Assembly (NCBI RefSeq): GCF_035084215.1
Contig: NC_090347.1
Coordinates: forward strand, 17,856,001 to 17,920,000
Direction: 5' to 3'
DNA from: Heptranchias perlo
Lineage: Eukaryota
DNA: 64,000 bases
Shown: one piece after another, positions 1-11,592 of the stretch
How positions within the stretch are numbered: position 1 is the first letter of the stretch
How the letters are laid out: the number at the start of each line of letters is the position of its first letter
Position numbers and translations under genes: made by a program
Notes under the pieces: generated by a model
The model's input: the letters and a program-made list of their open reading frames with translations, nothing else
What the model was told of the DNA's origin: nothing
Database searches by the model: none

Positions 1-300
1 AGAATTTTACAGCACAGAAGGAAGCCATTTGGCCCATCACACCTGTGCTAGCTCTGTTATCCACCTTCCTTTTAAAAGCTATTATAGATTCTTCTTCCTC
101 ACATTTCTGGTAAAGCATTCCATATCCTAACAACTCTCTGTATAAAAAGAAATTCTCCTAACTTCTCCCTTTGTTCTTCTGGTGATGATCTTAAATTTAT
201 GCTCTCTATTTACCAATTCACCAACTAGTGAAAATAGTTTGAACACCTCGATCAGATGTCTTCTTAGCCTTCGCTGTGCTAGTGAATAGAGTCCCTGTTT
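1..300 (-). mobile_element. Degenerate CR1 LINE 3' fragment
   Basis: CR1 3'UTR motif (acagcacagaaggaagccatttggccc) followed by decayed ORF2 C-terminus on the minus strand. Confidence 0.6.
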
Positions 301-344
301 ATTTGCTTCCTCCTCGTAACTAAAGCTGCCTCCTCTGTTATCAT

Positions 345-497
345 CTCAGTGCTGCACTTGGCCTCAGCGTCCTTGGGCCTAGGGAACAAAAATATCAGCC
401 AGGTTTTTCACTCTTGATCGTTATCCAGTGACTCCTACTGGAAAGTACACATAGGTGGATTTTGTGTGGGAAAAAATGCATCAGGCTTGGCTGTGAT
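345..497 (+). mobile_element. Ancient SINE fragment (family with ctgagttagctgatctcagc / atccagtgacccctgctggaaagt core)
   Basis: Similar by eye to copies at 9810-10100, 36352-36470, 53910-54005 and to minus-strand copies at 3880-4035 and 56860-57020. Confidence 0.5.
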
Positions 498-1030
498 TAC
501 ACAGAATTACATAGAATGTACAGCAAAGAAGGAGGCCATTCTGCCCAACGTGTCCATGTTTATGCTGCACACTAGCCTCCTCCCTCCCTACTTCATCTAA
601 CTCTATCAGCATAACCTTCTATTCCTTTCTCCCTCATGTGTTTATCTAGCTTCCCCTAAAATGCATCTATGCTATTCGCCGCAACTACTCCTTGTGGTAG
701 CGAGTTCCACATTCTAACCACTCTCTGGGTAAAGAAGTTTCTCTTGAATTCCCCATTGGATATATTAATGACTATCTTATATTTATAGCCCCTAGTTCTG
801 GTCTCCCCCACAAGTAGAAACATCTTTTCTACGTCTACCCTATCAAGTCCTTTCATTATCTCAAAGACCTCTATCAGGTCACCCCTCGGTCTTCTGTTTT
901 CTAGAGAAAAGAGCCCCAGCATGTTCAAACTTCCCTGATAAGCATATCTCAGTTCTCGTATTATCCTAGTTTTGCACCTTCTCCAGTGCCTCTGTATAGT
1001 TTTTTAATATGGAGATCAGAACTGTTCTCA
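497..1030 (-). mobile_element. CR1 LINE 3' end
   Basis: ORF 656-928 (LFSLE.RR.RGDLIEVF...FFTQRVVRMWNSLP) is the CR1 ORF2 C-terminus, followed by the CR1 3'UTR. Confidence 0.9.
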
Positions 1031-2221
1031 GTGATGTTATCTAGGGATGAATAATTTGCAAACACTTACTGCCTAGACTCACACATGAACTCGGATGAGG
1101 CACAAGAGGGATGTTGGATCTTGTGAAACCAAATCTCAGCAGAAGGTCAAACCTTGAGAAGGAGAGAAAATTAAAATATAAACGGGACGTTGTCTTATCT
1201 GTGTCTCATTTTTATTTTTTAATAGTTGGGGGGGTGCGGGGTGAGGGAGGCAGCAGAAGAATACAAAATATTTGGAGGAAAATTCATGATCCTAACCAGA
1301 TCGCTGCTGGAATGCTTTTTGCCTAGGATTGCAACACAGGTTACCTCATGTTTCATTGGAATGGAAAAGAAAACAATTAGGTACTGTTGTGATCACTAAT
1401 CCGTAGGGTGTGCCAATGGCAGTTTTTTTTAACTGAAGTAAAAGATTCTTCAGCTCAGGGGAACAGAGCCTGTATTTTTTTTAAAGCAGGTTTCCACTTT
1501 ATCATCTTTCCTGACCCTTGTTTTAAGGTCAATGGTCCCATCTGTAGTGAAATCTATTAAAAACTCTGCACAATTTAATACGTGTCGACGCACCAAATGG
1601 TAGTTTTTATTCTGGTTTCATTGCGGTGTTATAAAGCAAATGCAAAATTCGGCAAATAGCACATTTTCTGCTCACTGCCCAGGCTCATAAATGAAAAAAA
1701 TGGCCTCTTGGGTGGGGCAAAAGGAAAATATACAAGTCTGCAGCTTCTGAGAGGAGGGAGAGAGATAGAGGGGAAAATAAAAAGATACGGTGAATGAAAC
1801 TAAAACTTCATAAATAGCTAACCCGAGCAAATGACTCTTTCAGTACATGGGCTGAACTGGAGCTTAATTATTTTATTTTTATGAATTGTTAATTATTACC
1901 CTGAGATGCTTGTTGGTGTTTGAAACAAAACTGCCGACCCAGCCTCCTGTATACAATTATTTGTTGCCTCCTTACTTGAGAAACTGTTCAGAATACTTAT
2001 TTTGTTGTAAGGGAGGCAAGATGCTTCTGACTGATAAAATTACTGCAGTCAAAAAAAAAGCAGAAATTCTTACATTGTTGCGTTATCAACACGTCTCAAA
2101 GTTTCACAAACCAAATGACTTTTGGAGTGTACTGACCTTTGTTACGTAGGCAAACACAGCAACCATTCTTTGAGAGCAATGTCCCACACACAGCAAAGGA
2201 ACGTATGACCACTTATTAGGA

Positions 2222-2570
2222 GTGGGCCTTGGGCCTGGTGGTAGCATTCCCGCCTCTGTGTCAGCCACGCTCCAGACAGTCCCGGCGAGTGGAGACCGGA
2301 GCTCAGGCTCTGAATTCTGGGTTGACATCCAGTGGGGTATCTCTGTCCGGTGGGTGAACCCCCCCCACCCCCTTGTCGTATGGGTTGTGGAAGCCCATAA
2401 AAACCCTCCCGTTGTAGAGGACTAACTACACTATACACTGGTATTAAGATGGTTACGGCCATGGAAGGAGCATTCGTGCCTATCGAATTAATCAGCCTGT
2501 GAATCCTTCTACTGCTTCACAGTATTCTTCAAAGGAAGAGTGTGAAGATACGAAAACGGCAACAACCACT
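2222..2570 (+). repeat. Unclassified SINE-like element with tRNA-like head and 3' hairpin
   Basis: A-box-like head (ggcctggtggtagcattcccgcctctgtgtcag). The 3' part 2439-2563 is homologous to 48332-48460. Confidence 0.4.
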
Positions 2571-2920
2571 TATTAAGTCTGCATGTTCTTTTATTTAAAT
2601 CTGCAGATTTTACAAATTTACTTTGTGCTGTTTCGGCACGGACTCAATGGGCCGAATGGCCTCCTTCCGTGCTGTAACCTTTCTATGATTCTATTTTTGT
2701 GTTGCCAAACTATGCGTTGATACTATTGTCATTAAAAATATAATAAACCAGGATTGGCCAGACATCTAACAAAATGATTTTGTGACAAAAATGGTGTTCA
2801 CAAAAGAATGAACAACAGAAAATAAAATAAGCCCACGTCATACCTAAATGAGAAAACAAAAGAGGAAATTCTCATGAATGCATCTGCCAGTGTACCAATA
2901 GCCAAATTTAGGACAGTCAT

Positions 2921-3391
2921 AAGAAAGAAAGAACTTGCATTTATATAGCGCCTTTCATGGCCTTGTGATGTCCCAAAGCACTTTACAGCCAATTAAGTAC
3001 TTATTGAAATTTAGTCACAGTTATAAGGTAGGAAATGAGGCAGCCAATATGTGTACAGCAAGGTCCCACAAACAGCAATGTGAGAATGACCTGATGATTT
3101 GTTTTAGTGATGTTGGTTGAGGGATAAATATTAGCCAGGACACCGGGGAGAACTCCCTGCTCGTCTTCAAAATAATGCCATCAGATCTTTTAGGTCCACC
3201 TAAGAGGGCAGACAGGGCCTCAGTTTAACATCTCAGTCGACAGACAGCACCTCCAACAGTGCAGCATTCCCTCAGTACTGTACTGGGAGTGTCAGCCTGG
3301 ATTACATACTCAAGTCTCTGGAGTGGGACTTGAACCTATGACCTTCTCAACCAGAGGAGAGAGTGCTACCCATTGAGCCATGGCTGACACT
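2921..3391 (-). mobile_element. Full-length SacSINE1-like DeuSINE
   Basis: Minus strand reads tRNA-derived head (ggctcaatgggtagcactctc...ggttcaagtcccactccagag), Deu-like core (tgttggaggtgctgtc...gagatgttaaactgagg...aaaagatc) and tail aaaggcgctatataaatgcaagttctttc. Confidence 0.75.
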
Positions 3392-3879
3392 GTGATACAG
3401 ATTATTGACTCAACATTTCCCATTTGAGGAGTTTTTTTGAGGAGGGGGCGATGGTGGGGATTGAGTTATTTTAGTGCCCTAAATGACTAAACTATCAGGA
3501 GCATACTGTATTAACTTTCAGTTAACAAACAGGAGAGGTATTCCACATCCTCAGCTGTTCGGAATAGTTTTCCGATCTGATATGAAAAGTATAATCTTGT
3601 GTAGATTGTTAAACCCCAGCTTTTAAATTTCCTTTAATCACCTGTTGGTGACCAGGGGGCCAACGAAGGATCAATGAGGATTGGTCAGACCTTTTTTTGT
3701 CAATTTCACGGACGGCACAACAATTTTCCTGTTCAAAAAGAGAAGTGAGATAAAGGTAACAAATGAGAATGTATAAATTTAGCTTAAATCGATCATGACG
3801 CAGGAGAGCAAGGCACTTGGGCCTAAATTTGCCTTTTGCTAGTTTCAACTTGTGCCCCTTTTCCTACTTGGTAAGAATG

Positions 3880-4035
3880 TTGACTTGAGGATGCTGCAGC
3901 CATTTGTAGCGTTCCCCAACACTGCTCCCGCTGAGATTAGCTAACTCTGCACAGACCGAGGGTTGAACCCAGCGACCTTCTAAGTCTAGAGGGCTCAGTC
4001 CACACCACATGGCACATTTATTCAATGAGCTATCA
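3880..4035 (-). mobile_element. Ancient SINE 5' fragment
   Basis: Minus strand contains gggttcaaccctcggtctgtgcagagttagctaatctcagc (B-box plus family core). Confidence 0.5.
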
Positions 4036-4667
4036 GAGGTGCCCACACCAGGGGTGTTTCAGTCTATTGTAGACTTCCTATCCAACAACTTGATGACCTT
4101 ACTGTCAAGGATAGGGTCATGTGATCGTGGCCTGTGGGCCCATCACATTAAGGAAAATGTAGTGCAGGTAAACTTGTGCTGTGGTGTATTGGTACAGTGT
4201 GGTAGAAAGAGGGATCATGCCCCTAATTCCTCTTAAGGTGAATGCCTCCTCTAATCAGCAGAGACTAGGTACATCTGACCAGTGTAGGATGGAGGGACCT
4301 TCAATGGTTCTCACCTTCCTCCTTATCACTTCATTGTGCTTCTAAATGTTATTTATATTTGATTGTGATAAATTCAATTGTAGAATGAAGTGAGTCAAAC
4401 TTAAATAGCAACTGCGTCTAGATCCTGCGCAGTATACACAGTTACATATACAGGGAAGAGAAGCTATGGTTTAATTGTAGCCCGGGTCATGGGGAAAAGA
4501 GCTGATTGTGCTGCTTTCCTATGCTCCATTGTGGATAGTATGGTTGGTCTTTCTGCACTGAGGGGCTCGCCAATCCATGCCTGTACAAACAGGCCATGAT
4601 ATTCTGGTCAATTTGCATGCACAAAGTGGTAATGTCATGACGTACTACAGAGAATAGGGCAATATGA

Positions 4668-5020
4668 GTGATGACACAGACGTAGAGAAAATGTTTCCAT
4701 TTGTGGGGGAGTCCAAAACTAGAGGTCATAAATATAAAACAATTGCTATTCCCAATAGGGAATTCAGGAGAAACCTCTTTACCCAAAGAGTGGTAAGAAT
4801 GTGGAACTCGCTACCACGAGGAGTAGTTGAGGCAAATAGCATAGATGCACTTAAGGGGAAGCTAGATATGTACATGATAGAGAAAGGAATAGAAAGGTAT
4901 CTTAATAGAGTTAGATGAGGTCTGGAGGGAGGAAGTTCGTGTGGAGCATAAACGGAGTATAGCCCAGTTGGGCTGAATGGCCTTTGTCTGTGCTGTAGTT
5001 TCGATATAACTCGATGTAAC
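4668..5020 (+). mobile_element. CR1 LINE 3' end
   Basis: DVEKMFPFVGESKTRGHKYK...FTQRVVRMWNSLP plus 3'UTR; same subfamily as 497-1030 and 42670-43065. Confidence 0.9.
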
Positions 5021-5671
5021 ATTACACGTTGCTGCTATCAGAACAGCCTGTTTACTGGTCCCAGGAGACCAGTGGCAGTCAGGAAGACATAGGTGAAAAA
5101 AAATCTCCTCTGGGCTACCGGTCTTAAAAAATCCATTGAGTTTAACTTGATGTTGCCACTGGCTGTGCGAGAGACTAACTTCAGGAGCAAGTGGCTAAAG
5201 ACCAATATAAAAGTAGACACAATGGCAGCTGACAATGGCAGTGGACTCCACTTAATGTCGGTCCTTTCATTGATACTTTCTACCTATTATCACCTTGGTT
5301 TAAAAGCCCAAGCCTGTTTCATGGATCTCCATTAACGTTAATTTATTGTTACATTTTTTTTGACAATTTCTGCCTGTGATCACTTTTTAACATATTTTAT
5401 GCCTTTTTTATTCCTTTTTTTGGAAGAGTATGAATGATCAGATCAGCACCAAACACAGATGAATGCTTTGGGACATCCTGAGGTCATGAAAGGCGCTATA
5501 TAAATGCAAGTTCTTTTTTCCTTATCACTGCCCCTTTCTCCCACCATCAAAATATATTTTACCCATATCTACTTTTTTGGTAAAATTGGTGAAGATTGCT
5601 CAAAAAATGTGCAGGTTTTCTGGTACACTCCCTCCAACAGAACTGCAGCAGAATTAGGCCAGGACCCAGAT

Positions 5672-5905
5672 ATATACATAACCTCCCCCTATTTTAGGGG
5701 TTATTTTTCATCGTATAGAGCCTCTGCCCATTTTAGGGGATATTTTTCACTGTATATAGCCTTCTCCCATTTAGGGAATATTTGACGTTGAATATATATT
5801 CCCTCCCCCATTTTAGGGGTTATTTTTCACCATATATAGCCCTTCTTCATTTTGGGGATTATTTTTCACTATAAAGATCCCTCCCATTTTGGGAGATATT
5901 TGCCA
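5672..5905. repeat. Minisatellite, ~39-bp unit x ~6
   Basis: Degenerate repeats of cctcccccattttaggggttatttttcactgtatatag. Confidence 0.8.
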
Positions 5906-6492
5906 ATGTGCAGTAAGACCAGTCCAATTGCCATGCAACATTCACCACTGAGATCTGCACCCAATCGCCTTTTTGAGCTGGTCTCTAACCATTGCATGAC
6001 GGTGATGTAAATTACTGGATCTCCCGTTTCCCCTGAATCACCAAGTCCCAGCACCTTGCAACACCACATGATACTTGCATAGTACAGTTTACACAAGTGA
6101 GACAGAAGGATATGACAGCTTGACTTTAAAATGTAGTGGTGGCCTTAACATATCTGACTATGTAATACAGAAATGAATTCTTTGAAACTGCCTCTCCCTA
6201 CCTTCAGACTGTGGCCTCACCCAGATGTGTAAACATTCCTAACTCACTGTATAGGTTGCTCAGGGCGCATTTGCTGTACTTTCACTTTATCATGAGCTGA
6301 AAGTTTCTGATAAGTCTACCAGGCCACAGAGCTGTGACGTAGAAGGGATGGGAACTGAATTATATTATGAGTTATCAAAATTCTTATGTCTGTGTGTCAT
6401 TAAAGGAACAGTGTCATTAAGATAAAGCCTCTTGATAAATACTTCATTTAATTTGGTCACACAAGAGTGCGTGGTAATGTAACAGATGATTA

Positions 6493-7229
6493 GGGAGGAA
6501 TTTCCTGTGGGGGCATAATCGGTAAGTTAAACCCGAAATTATGCCCATTCATGTGCCTATTTCGCCAATGCTTAGTTACACCCAAGTTTCTTGCCAATCT
6601 CATTAACATCTGCCAGAATGTAGAAATGAACGTGAACAAGCAGATATCAGTGTAAACAATTGGGGCCTGAGGCATAGACCGAACTCACACCATATATTCC
6701 CTTTTTAAGCATGAAAATTAAAGTTTCAAGCCATCTAACTATCATTCATACACATTAATCATGGCATGTTTAAGAACCTGCAATCGGGGAAGTTTTTCAA
6801 TTTTTAATGTGACTTGTAGTGATGCCATAAAAATGTAAGTAAAGAAACAGGAAATACAGTGCAGTGAATATAAATAGAAAAAAAATGCTGTAAAAAAACA
6901 CAATAAAACATTAGAAAAATGATTTGGCATCGGCATCTTGCTGCCCCTAAAATTCTGGGCTTAATTTTACACCCGTTTTGAACCAGCGAATTGCAGGAAA
7001 TTCATGTGTACGGCTCTTTAGCCTGGGGGCGGAGCCATTATCATGAGTTGAAATGCATTCAAGCGCAGGGATTGATAGACGGGCGGAAAAGAGCGAGGAC
7101 ATTCTCAAATAGTGTAATTATGTGTGTAACACACTCGCGCCCAAGTTTCCTCGATCTTTTATGCTGGTTATTTGCTTTGCATCCGATTATGTGTGTTTCT
7201 GGGCACAAATGGATAGGAAATTCCACTTC
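6493..7229. mobile_element. Old MITE (Harbinger-type TIRs)
   Basis: Imperfect terminal inverted repeats gggaggaatttcct ... aggaaattccacttc, CpG-containing subterminal regions and an AT-rich core. Confidence 0.5.
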
Positions 7230-7391
7230 ATAATGTCTGGTGTTACAGACTGACTATGTTAATCTTTGTGTTAATAAAAATATAAAACCTTTCACATTTT
7301 TTCTCCAACACTCAGAATTGTCAGGTTTACGGTGGTGTAGTCATTTTGGTTGTACCACAAATTATATTTTTAAAGGTGCTGAAATATTTCA

Positions 7392-7986
7392 AACAACGAC
7401 TTGGATTTATACAGCACCTTTAACATAGTAAAACATCCCAAGGTGCTTCACAGGAGCGATTATCAAACAAAATTTGACACCGAGCCACATAAGGAGATAT
7501 TAGGACAGGTGACCTAAAGCTTGGTCAAAGAGGTAGGTTTAAGGAGCATCTTAAAGGAGAAGAGAGAGGTAGAGAGGTGTAGAGGTTTAGGGAGGGAATT
7601 CCAGAGCTTAGGGCCTAGGCAGCTGAAGGCAAGGCCGCCAATGGTGGAGTGATTAAAATCGGGGATGAGCAAGAGGCAAGAATTGGAGGAACGCAGAGGA
7701 TCATGGAGGGTTGTAGGGCTGGAGGAGGTTACAGAGATAGGGAGGGGCGAGGCCGTAGAGGGATTTGAAAACAAGGATGAGAATTTTAAAATCGAGGTGT
7801 TGCCGGACCGGGAGTCAATGTAGGCCAGTGAGCACAGAGGTGATGGGTGAACAGGACTTGGTACGAGTTAGGGTATGGGCAGCAGAGTTTTGGATGAGCT
7901 CAAGTTTATGGAGGTTGGAAGGTGGGGATCCAGCCAGGAGAGCATTGGAATAGTCTAGTCTAAAGGTAACAAAGGCATGGATGAGG
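7392..7986 (-). mobile_element. L2-clade LINE 3' end
   Basis: LIHAFVTFRLDYSNALLAG...LHKLELIQNSAA...GLH and AFSCLGPKLWNSLP, ending in a short gtt-type tail. Confidence 0.85.
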
Positions 7987-8680
7987 CAAACAATTTCTTT
8001 GGCTAACGAAAGAATAATGAGAAAACAACACCACACTTAATTCAGGTGAATGAGCCCTTGACTCAGCTCACAGACACAGTGAACATTATGTCTTTCGCAA
8101 TGCAACATTCAATGCAGCAGATTAGATGTCACAGAGCGAGCCAAGTCATATCAATTAACACAGCATTCGCATGTGCCCTTTACACTAATCCACTGTCAGA
8201 GTCAACAACAAAGTAACAAGCAGCAGGCACTGACTTTAGGCTTGCAGTAACTGCTAATTAAACCAGGCCTGTATCCTTTCAAATGCTGGAATTCCTGTAA
8301 GGTAATGGAAATGGATGGAACTCAAAAAACAATTGATTGCTCAATTACAATCTTATTAAAGCATGATTGGAGATTGCTGCCACCATAGATGAGGATAACC
8401 GCTTTAAAGATGCAACACCCCACACAGTAATCTTGTTTCATCTCTCCAGCGCCCCTGGAAGCAGCGGTAATGTTACTATGGCGCTGTCAGTCTGCCTGCC
8501 TGCCCATCTGTCTTGACACCGCAGCAACTTCACAACACTTTTGGATGTATCATGGCCTTGTCTGACTTTGCATGAAAATGGATCAGAAGTGTGTTGTATG
8601 TACGGCTCAGTAATGTGTTATAGCACTAAGCTGTTACCTCAGTAACCCAAACCCTCCATAGTCCGTGACACCTGGCCAGT

Positions 8681-8876
8681 GCTGCTGGATCTTACTGTGC
8701 AGGTCTGACGTGGCCAGCGGCAACCAGAAAGTAAATATGCTGGTTTCACTAAGGTCAGCCACCAAGAAGACCTGTTTTTTTTTTATCGGGGCTTCCTGGC
8801 AGCTGGCTTTAGTGAATCTAGCTTAGTTTGCGGTTGTCATCGGCCATTTGAGATCTACATGTTGCGATTCGGCAGC
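8681..8876 (+). repeat. Long imperfect inverted repeat (hairpin, ~90-94 bp arms, T-rich loop)
   Basis: 8681-8774 aligns to the reverse complement of 8787-8876 (e.g. ttcactaaggtcagc / gctggctttagtgaa; ggcaacc / ggttgtc; gctgc / gcagc). Confidence 0.75.
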
Positions 8877-8974
8877 TTTAGGTCTTGTACAGTATAAACT
8901 CAGTTTTTATTGGATTAGTGTTCCATCAAATTTGATATGCGGTTTCCTCAGAAAGGTATCTTCCTTTGATTCTT

Positions 8975-9705
8975 CATTCCCCAGCCACCAACTCTATCCC
9001 TCTCCTTGACCACTGTCTGAGGCTGAACCAGACCGTTCGCAACCTTGGTCCTATTTGACCTTGAGATGAGATTCCGATCACATATCCGCTCCATCACCAA
9101 GACCGCCTACTTCCACCTCTATAACATCGCCCATCTCCGCCACTGCCTCAGCTCATCTGCTGCTGAAACCCTCATCCATGCCTTTGTTACCTCTACACTC
9201 GACTATTCTAATGCTCTCCTGGCCGGTCTCCCATCTTCCACCCTCCACAAGCTTGAGCTCATCCAAAACTCTGCTGTCTCTTTCCTAACGCGCTCCCGAT
9301 CTGGCAATGCCTCGACTTTAAAATTCTCATCCTTTTTTCAAATCCCTCCATGGCCTCGCCCCTCCCTATCTCTGTAACCTCCTCCAGCCCTACAACCCTC
9401 CAAGATCTCAGCGTTCCTCCAATTCTTGCCTCTTGTGCGTCCCCGATTTTAATCACTCCACCATTGGCAGCCGTGCCTTCAGCTGCCTAGGCCCTAAGCT
9501 CAGGAAATCCCTCCCTAAACCTCTCTGCCTTTCCACCTCTCGCTCTCTTCCTTTAAGACGCTCCTTAAAATCCACCTCTTTGACCAAGCTTTTGTTCATC
9601 TGTCCTGATATCTGCTTATGTGGCTCGGTGTCAAACTTTGTTTGATAATCGCTCCTGTGAAGCGCCTTGGGATGTTTTGCTACGTTAAAGTTGATGTAGT
9701 TGTTG
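8975..9705 (+). mobile_element. L2-clade LINE 3' end
   Basis: ORF 9045-9377 (HIRSITKTAYFHL...AAETLIHAFVTSTLDYSNALLAGLP); close homologue of 7392-7986 in the opposite orientation. Confidence 0.88.
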
Positions 9706-9809
9706 ATCGAATCTCGAGACCATATTTCACACAGGACTGTACAGAATGTTCTTGTACTGCATTTTCATCTCCAAATTGGCCATGATTTGTAAATGTGTAT
9801 TGGTGCTAC

Positions 9810-10100
9810 TTAAGTTTAGCTGATCTCAGCCGAGGCAGCAGCTGGGTGCAACAATCCGCTTTAATGCCCTTGGGCTTTAGTGGGGAAAAATTAACGAGGG
9901 CTCACTCTGCTGATCCCTGTCCAGTGATACCTGCTGGAAAGTGTGGGTATGTGGATGTCAGGTGAGGACAGCGTTGAGGCTGTGATGCATTCAAAAGCTG
10001 ACTAGCCTGCTGATACTTACTATCTGAGCCACAGCTACACGTAAGAATGGACACTTGGACAAGGTGCTTGTGGAATCATATCCTGGTAACAGCCAGCGCC
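9810..10100 (+). mobile_element. Ancient SINE
   Basis: tagctgatctcagccgaggcagca...tccagtgatacctgctggaaagtgtg...gtcaggtgaggaca, shared with other copies in the window. Confidence 0.55.
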
Positions 10101-10874
10101 TTCAGTTGGGTGAGACACCAGGGACTCTGCTGGTGTCCATGGGTCTGCACACCAATATGTAAATTGCTTCAGTAGTAGAGGGAAGAAAAGGTAAGAAAGT
10201 GGGAAAGGGAGGAGGAGTGCAACAATAAAAAATGTTACAGAAAATGGAAAAGGCAGGGGTAGAATTATTTACATTGTGGTAAAACAGTGTGCTCACGTAA
10301 TCAAATTTAGCTCTGCATCTATCTGCAACTGTTTTCTCAAAGTCTCACTGTCAAGAACTGAAAATTCTTCATTTGAATTAGGCCGTCCTCACTGAGTAAC
10401 TTCCTTTTACGAGACTTTTTTTAGAAAGGGCATACAGCAGCTGTCCGTATATCACACTGATGTATTTTTAAGTCTTGGGTTCAGTTCCCGGATTGTGATA
10501 ACTAAGAGTGGTTTAACTGCTGACAGACTTTTGTTGCGGTGGTTGTGTTATCGGGGCCGAGGTGTGGTCATCAATACAGTGGTCAGTATGGCTTTGGCAT
10601 GTGCCCTAGCATTCTCACTGATTTTATTTGGAAAAAGAAGCATTAAATAGATCTCATGCTGAGGATTACCCAAAGGGACGAACCATGAGTTCTGGTTGAA
10701 AAAAAAATTTGAATAAAATACAAATTAATAAAACATGTTCCAGGTTGTGAGATAACCTCAGCCGTGAGCTTATGCACTGTTACGCGGGTTCCCAGTTTAA
10801 CCCTTATGTTCTGTTTTCTATCAGGAAGCAAATTTAGTTCTGTTCGTAGGATTGATTTGGCTGCTAGCTTCCTG

Positions 10875-11570
10875 TAGAATCATAGACTTTTACAACACAG
10901 AAGGAGGCCATTTGGCCCATCACACCAGTCAGCTCTCTGAAAGAGCTATCCACTTAATCCCATTCCCCTGCCTTTTTCCCATCATCTTTTAAATTTTCTC
11001 TTTCGAATATTTATCCATTTCCTTATAAACGATTGTGGATTCTGATTCCACCGTTGCTTCTGGTAGAGCATCCTATGGCCTAACAATCCTCCATGTAAAA
11101 AAAAATTCTCCCATCCTCTCCCTTCATTCTAATAATTGTAAACAATTTTACAACACCAAGTTATAGTCCAGCAATTTTATTTTAAATTCACAAGCTTTCG
11201 GAGATTTTCTCCTTCCTCAAACATTTGCCTGAGGAAGGAGAAAATCTCCGAAAGCTTGTGAATTTAAAATAAAATTGCTGGACTATAACTTGGTGTTGTA
11301 AAATTGTTTACAATTGTCAACCCCAGTCCATTCATTCTAATAGTAATGATCTTAAATTTATGCCCTCTGGTTACTGACTTACCAACCAGTGGAAATCGAT
11401 TTTCCTAGTTTACCTTATCAAAACAACTTGTAATTTTGGACACCTCTATTACATTTCCTCTTAACCTTCTTTGCTCTAATGAAGTGAGCCTCAGGTTCTC
11501 TAGTCTTTCCTTTGAACTAAAGCCTCTCAGCCCTGGTATAATCTAAGAGATTCTTTTCTGCACCCTCTCA
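10875..11570 (-). mobile_element. Degenerate CR1 3' region interrupted by a Penelope-type hairpin
   Basis: CR1 3' tail (tagaatcatagacttttacaacacagaaggaggcc) and decayed ORF2, split at 11135-11330. Confidence 0.7.
11134..11330. mobile_element. Penelope-like element inverted terminal remnant with hammerhead-like core
   Basis: Perfect 86-bp inverted repeat (11134-11219 / 11230-11315) containing CTGAGGA-AGGAG-AAAAT-CTCC-GAAA-GCTT; flanked by TTCATTCTAATA duplication (11123-11134, 11331-11342). Confidence 0.75.
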
Positions 11571-11592
11571 AAGTTTACACTTGATTCTGCAC

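Noticed and set aside
2921-3391. tRNA gene suggested by A/B boxes
   Set aside because: It is the head of a multi-copy SINE; there is no cloverleaf and no T-run terminator.
5672-5905. CRISPR-like regularly spaced repeats
   Set aside because: Units are contiguous and degenerate with no unique spacers; vertebrate context and no cas genes.
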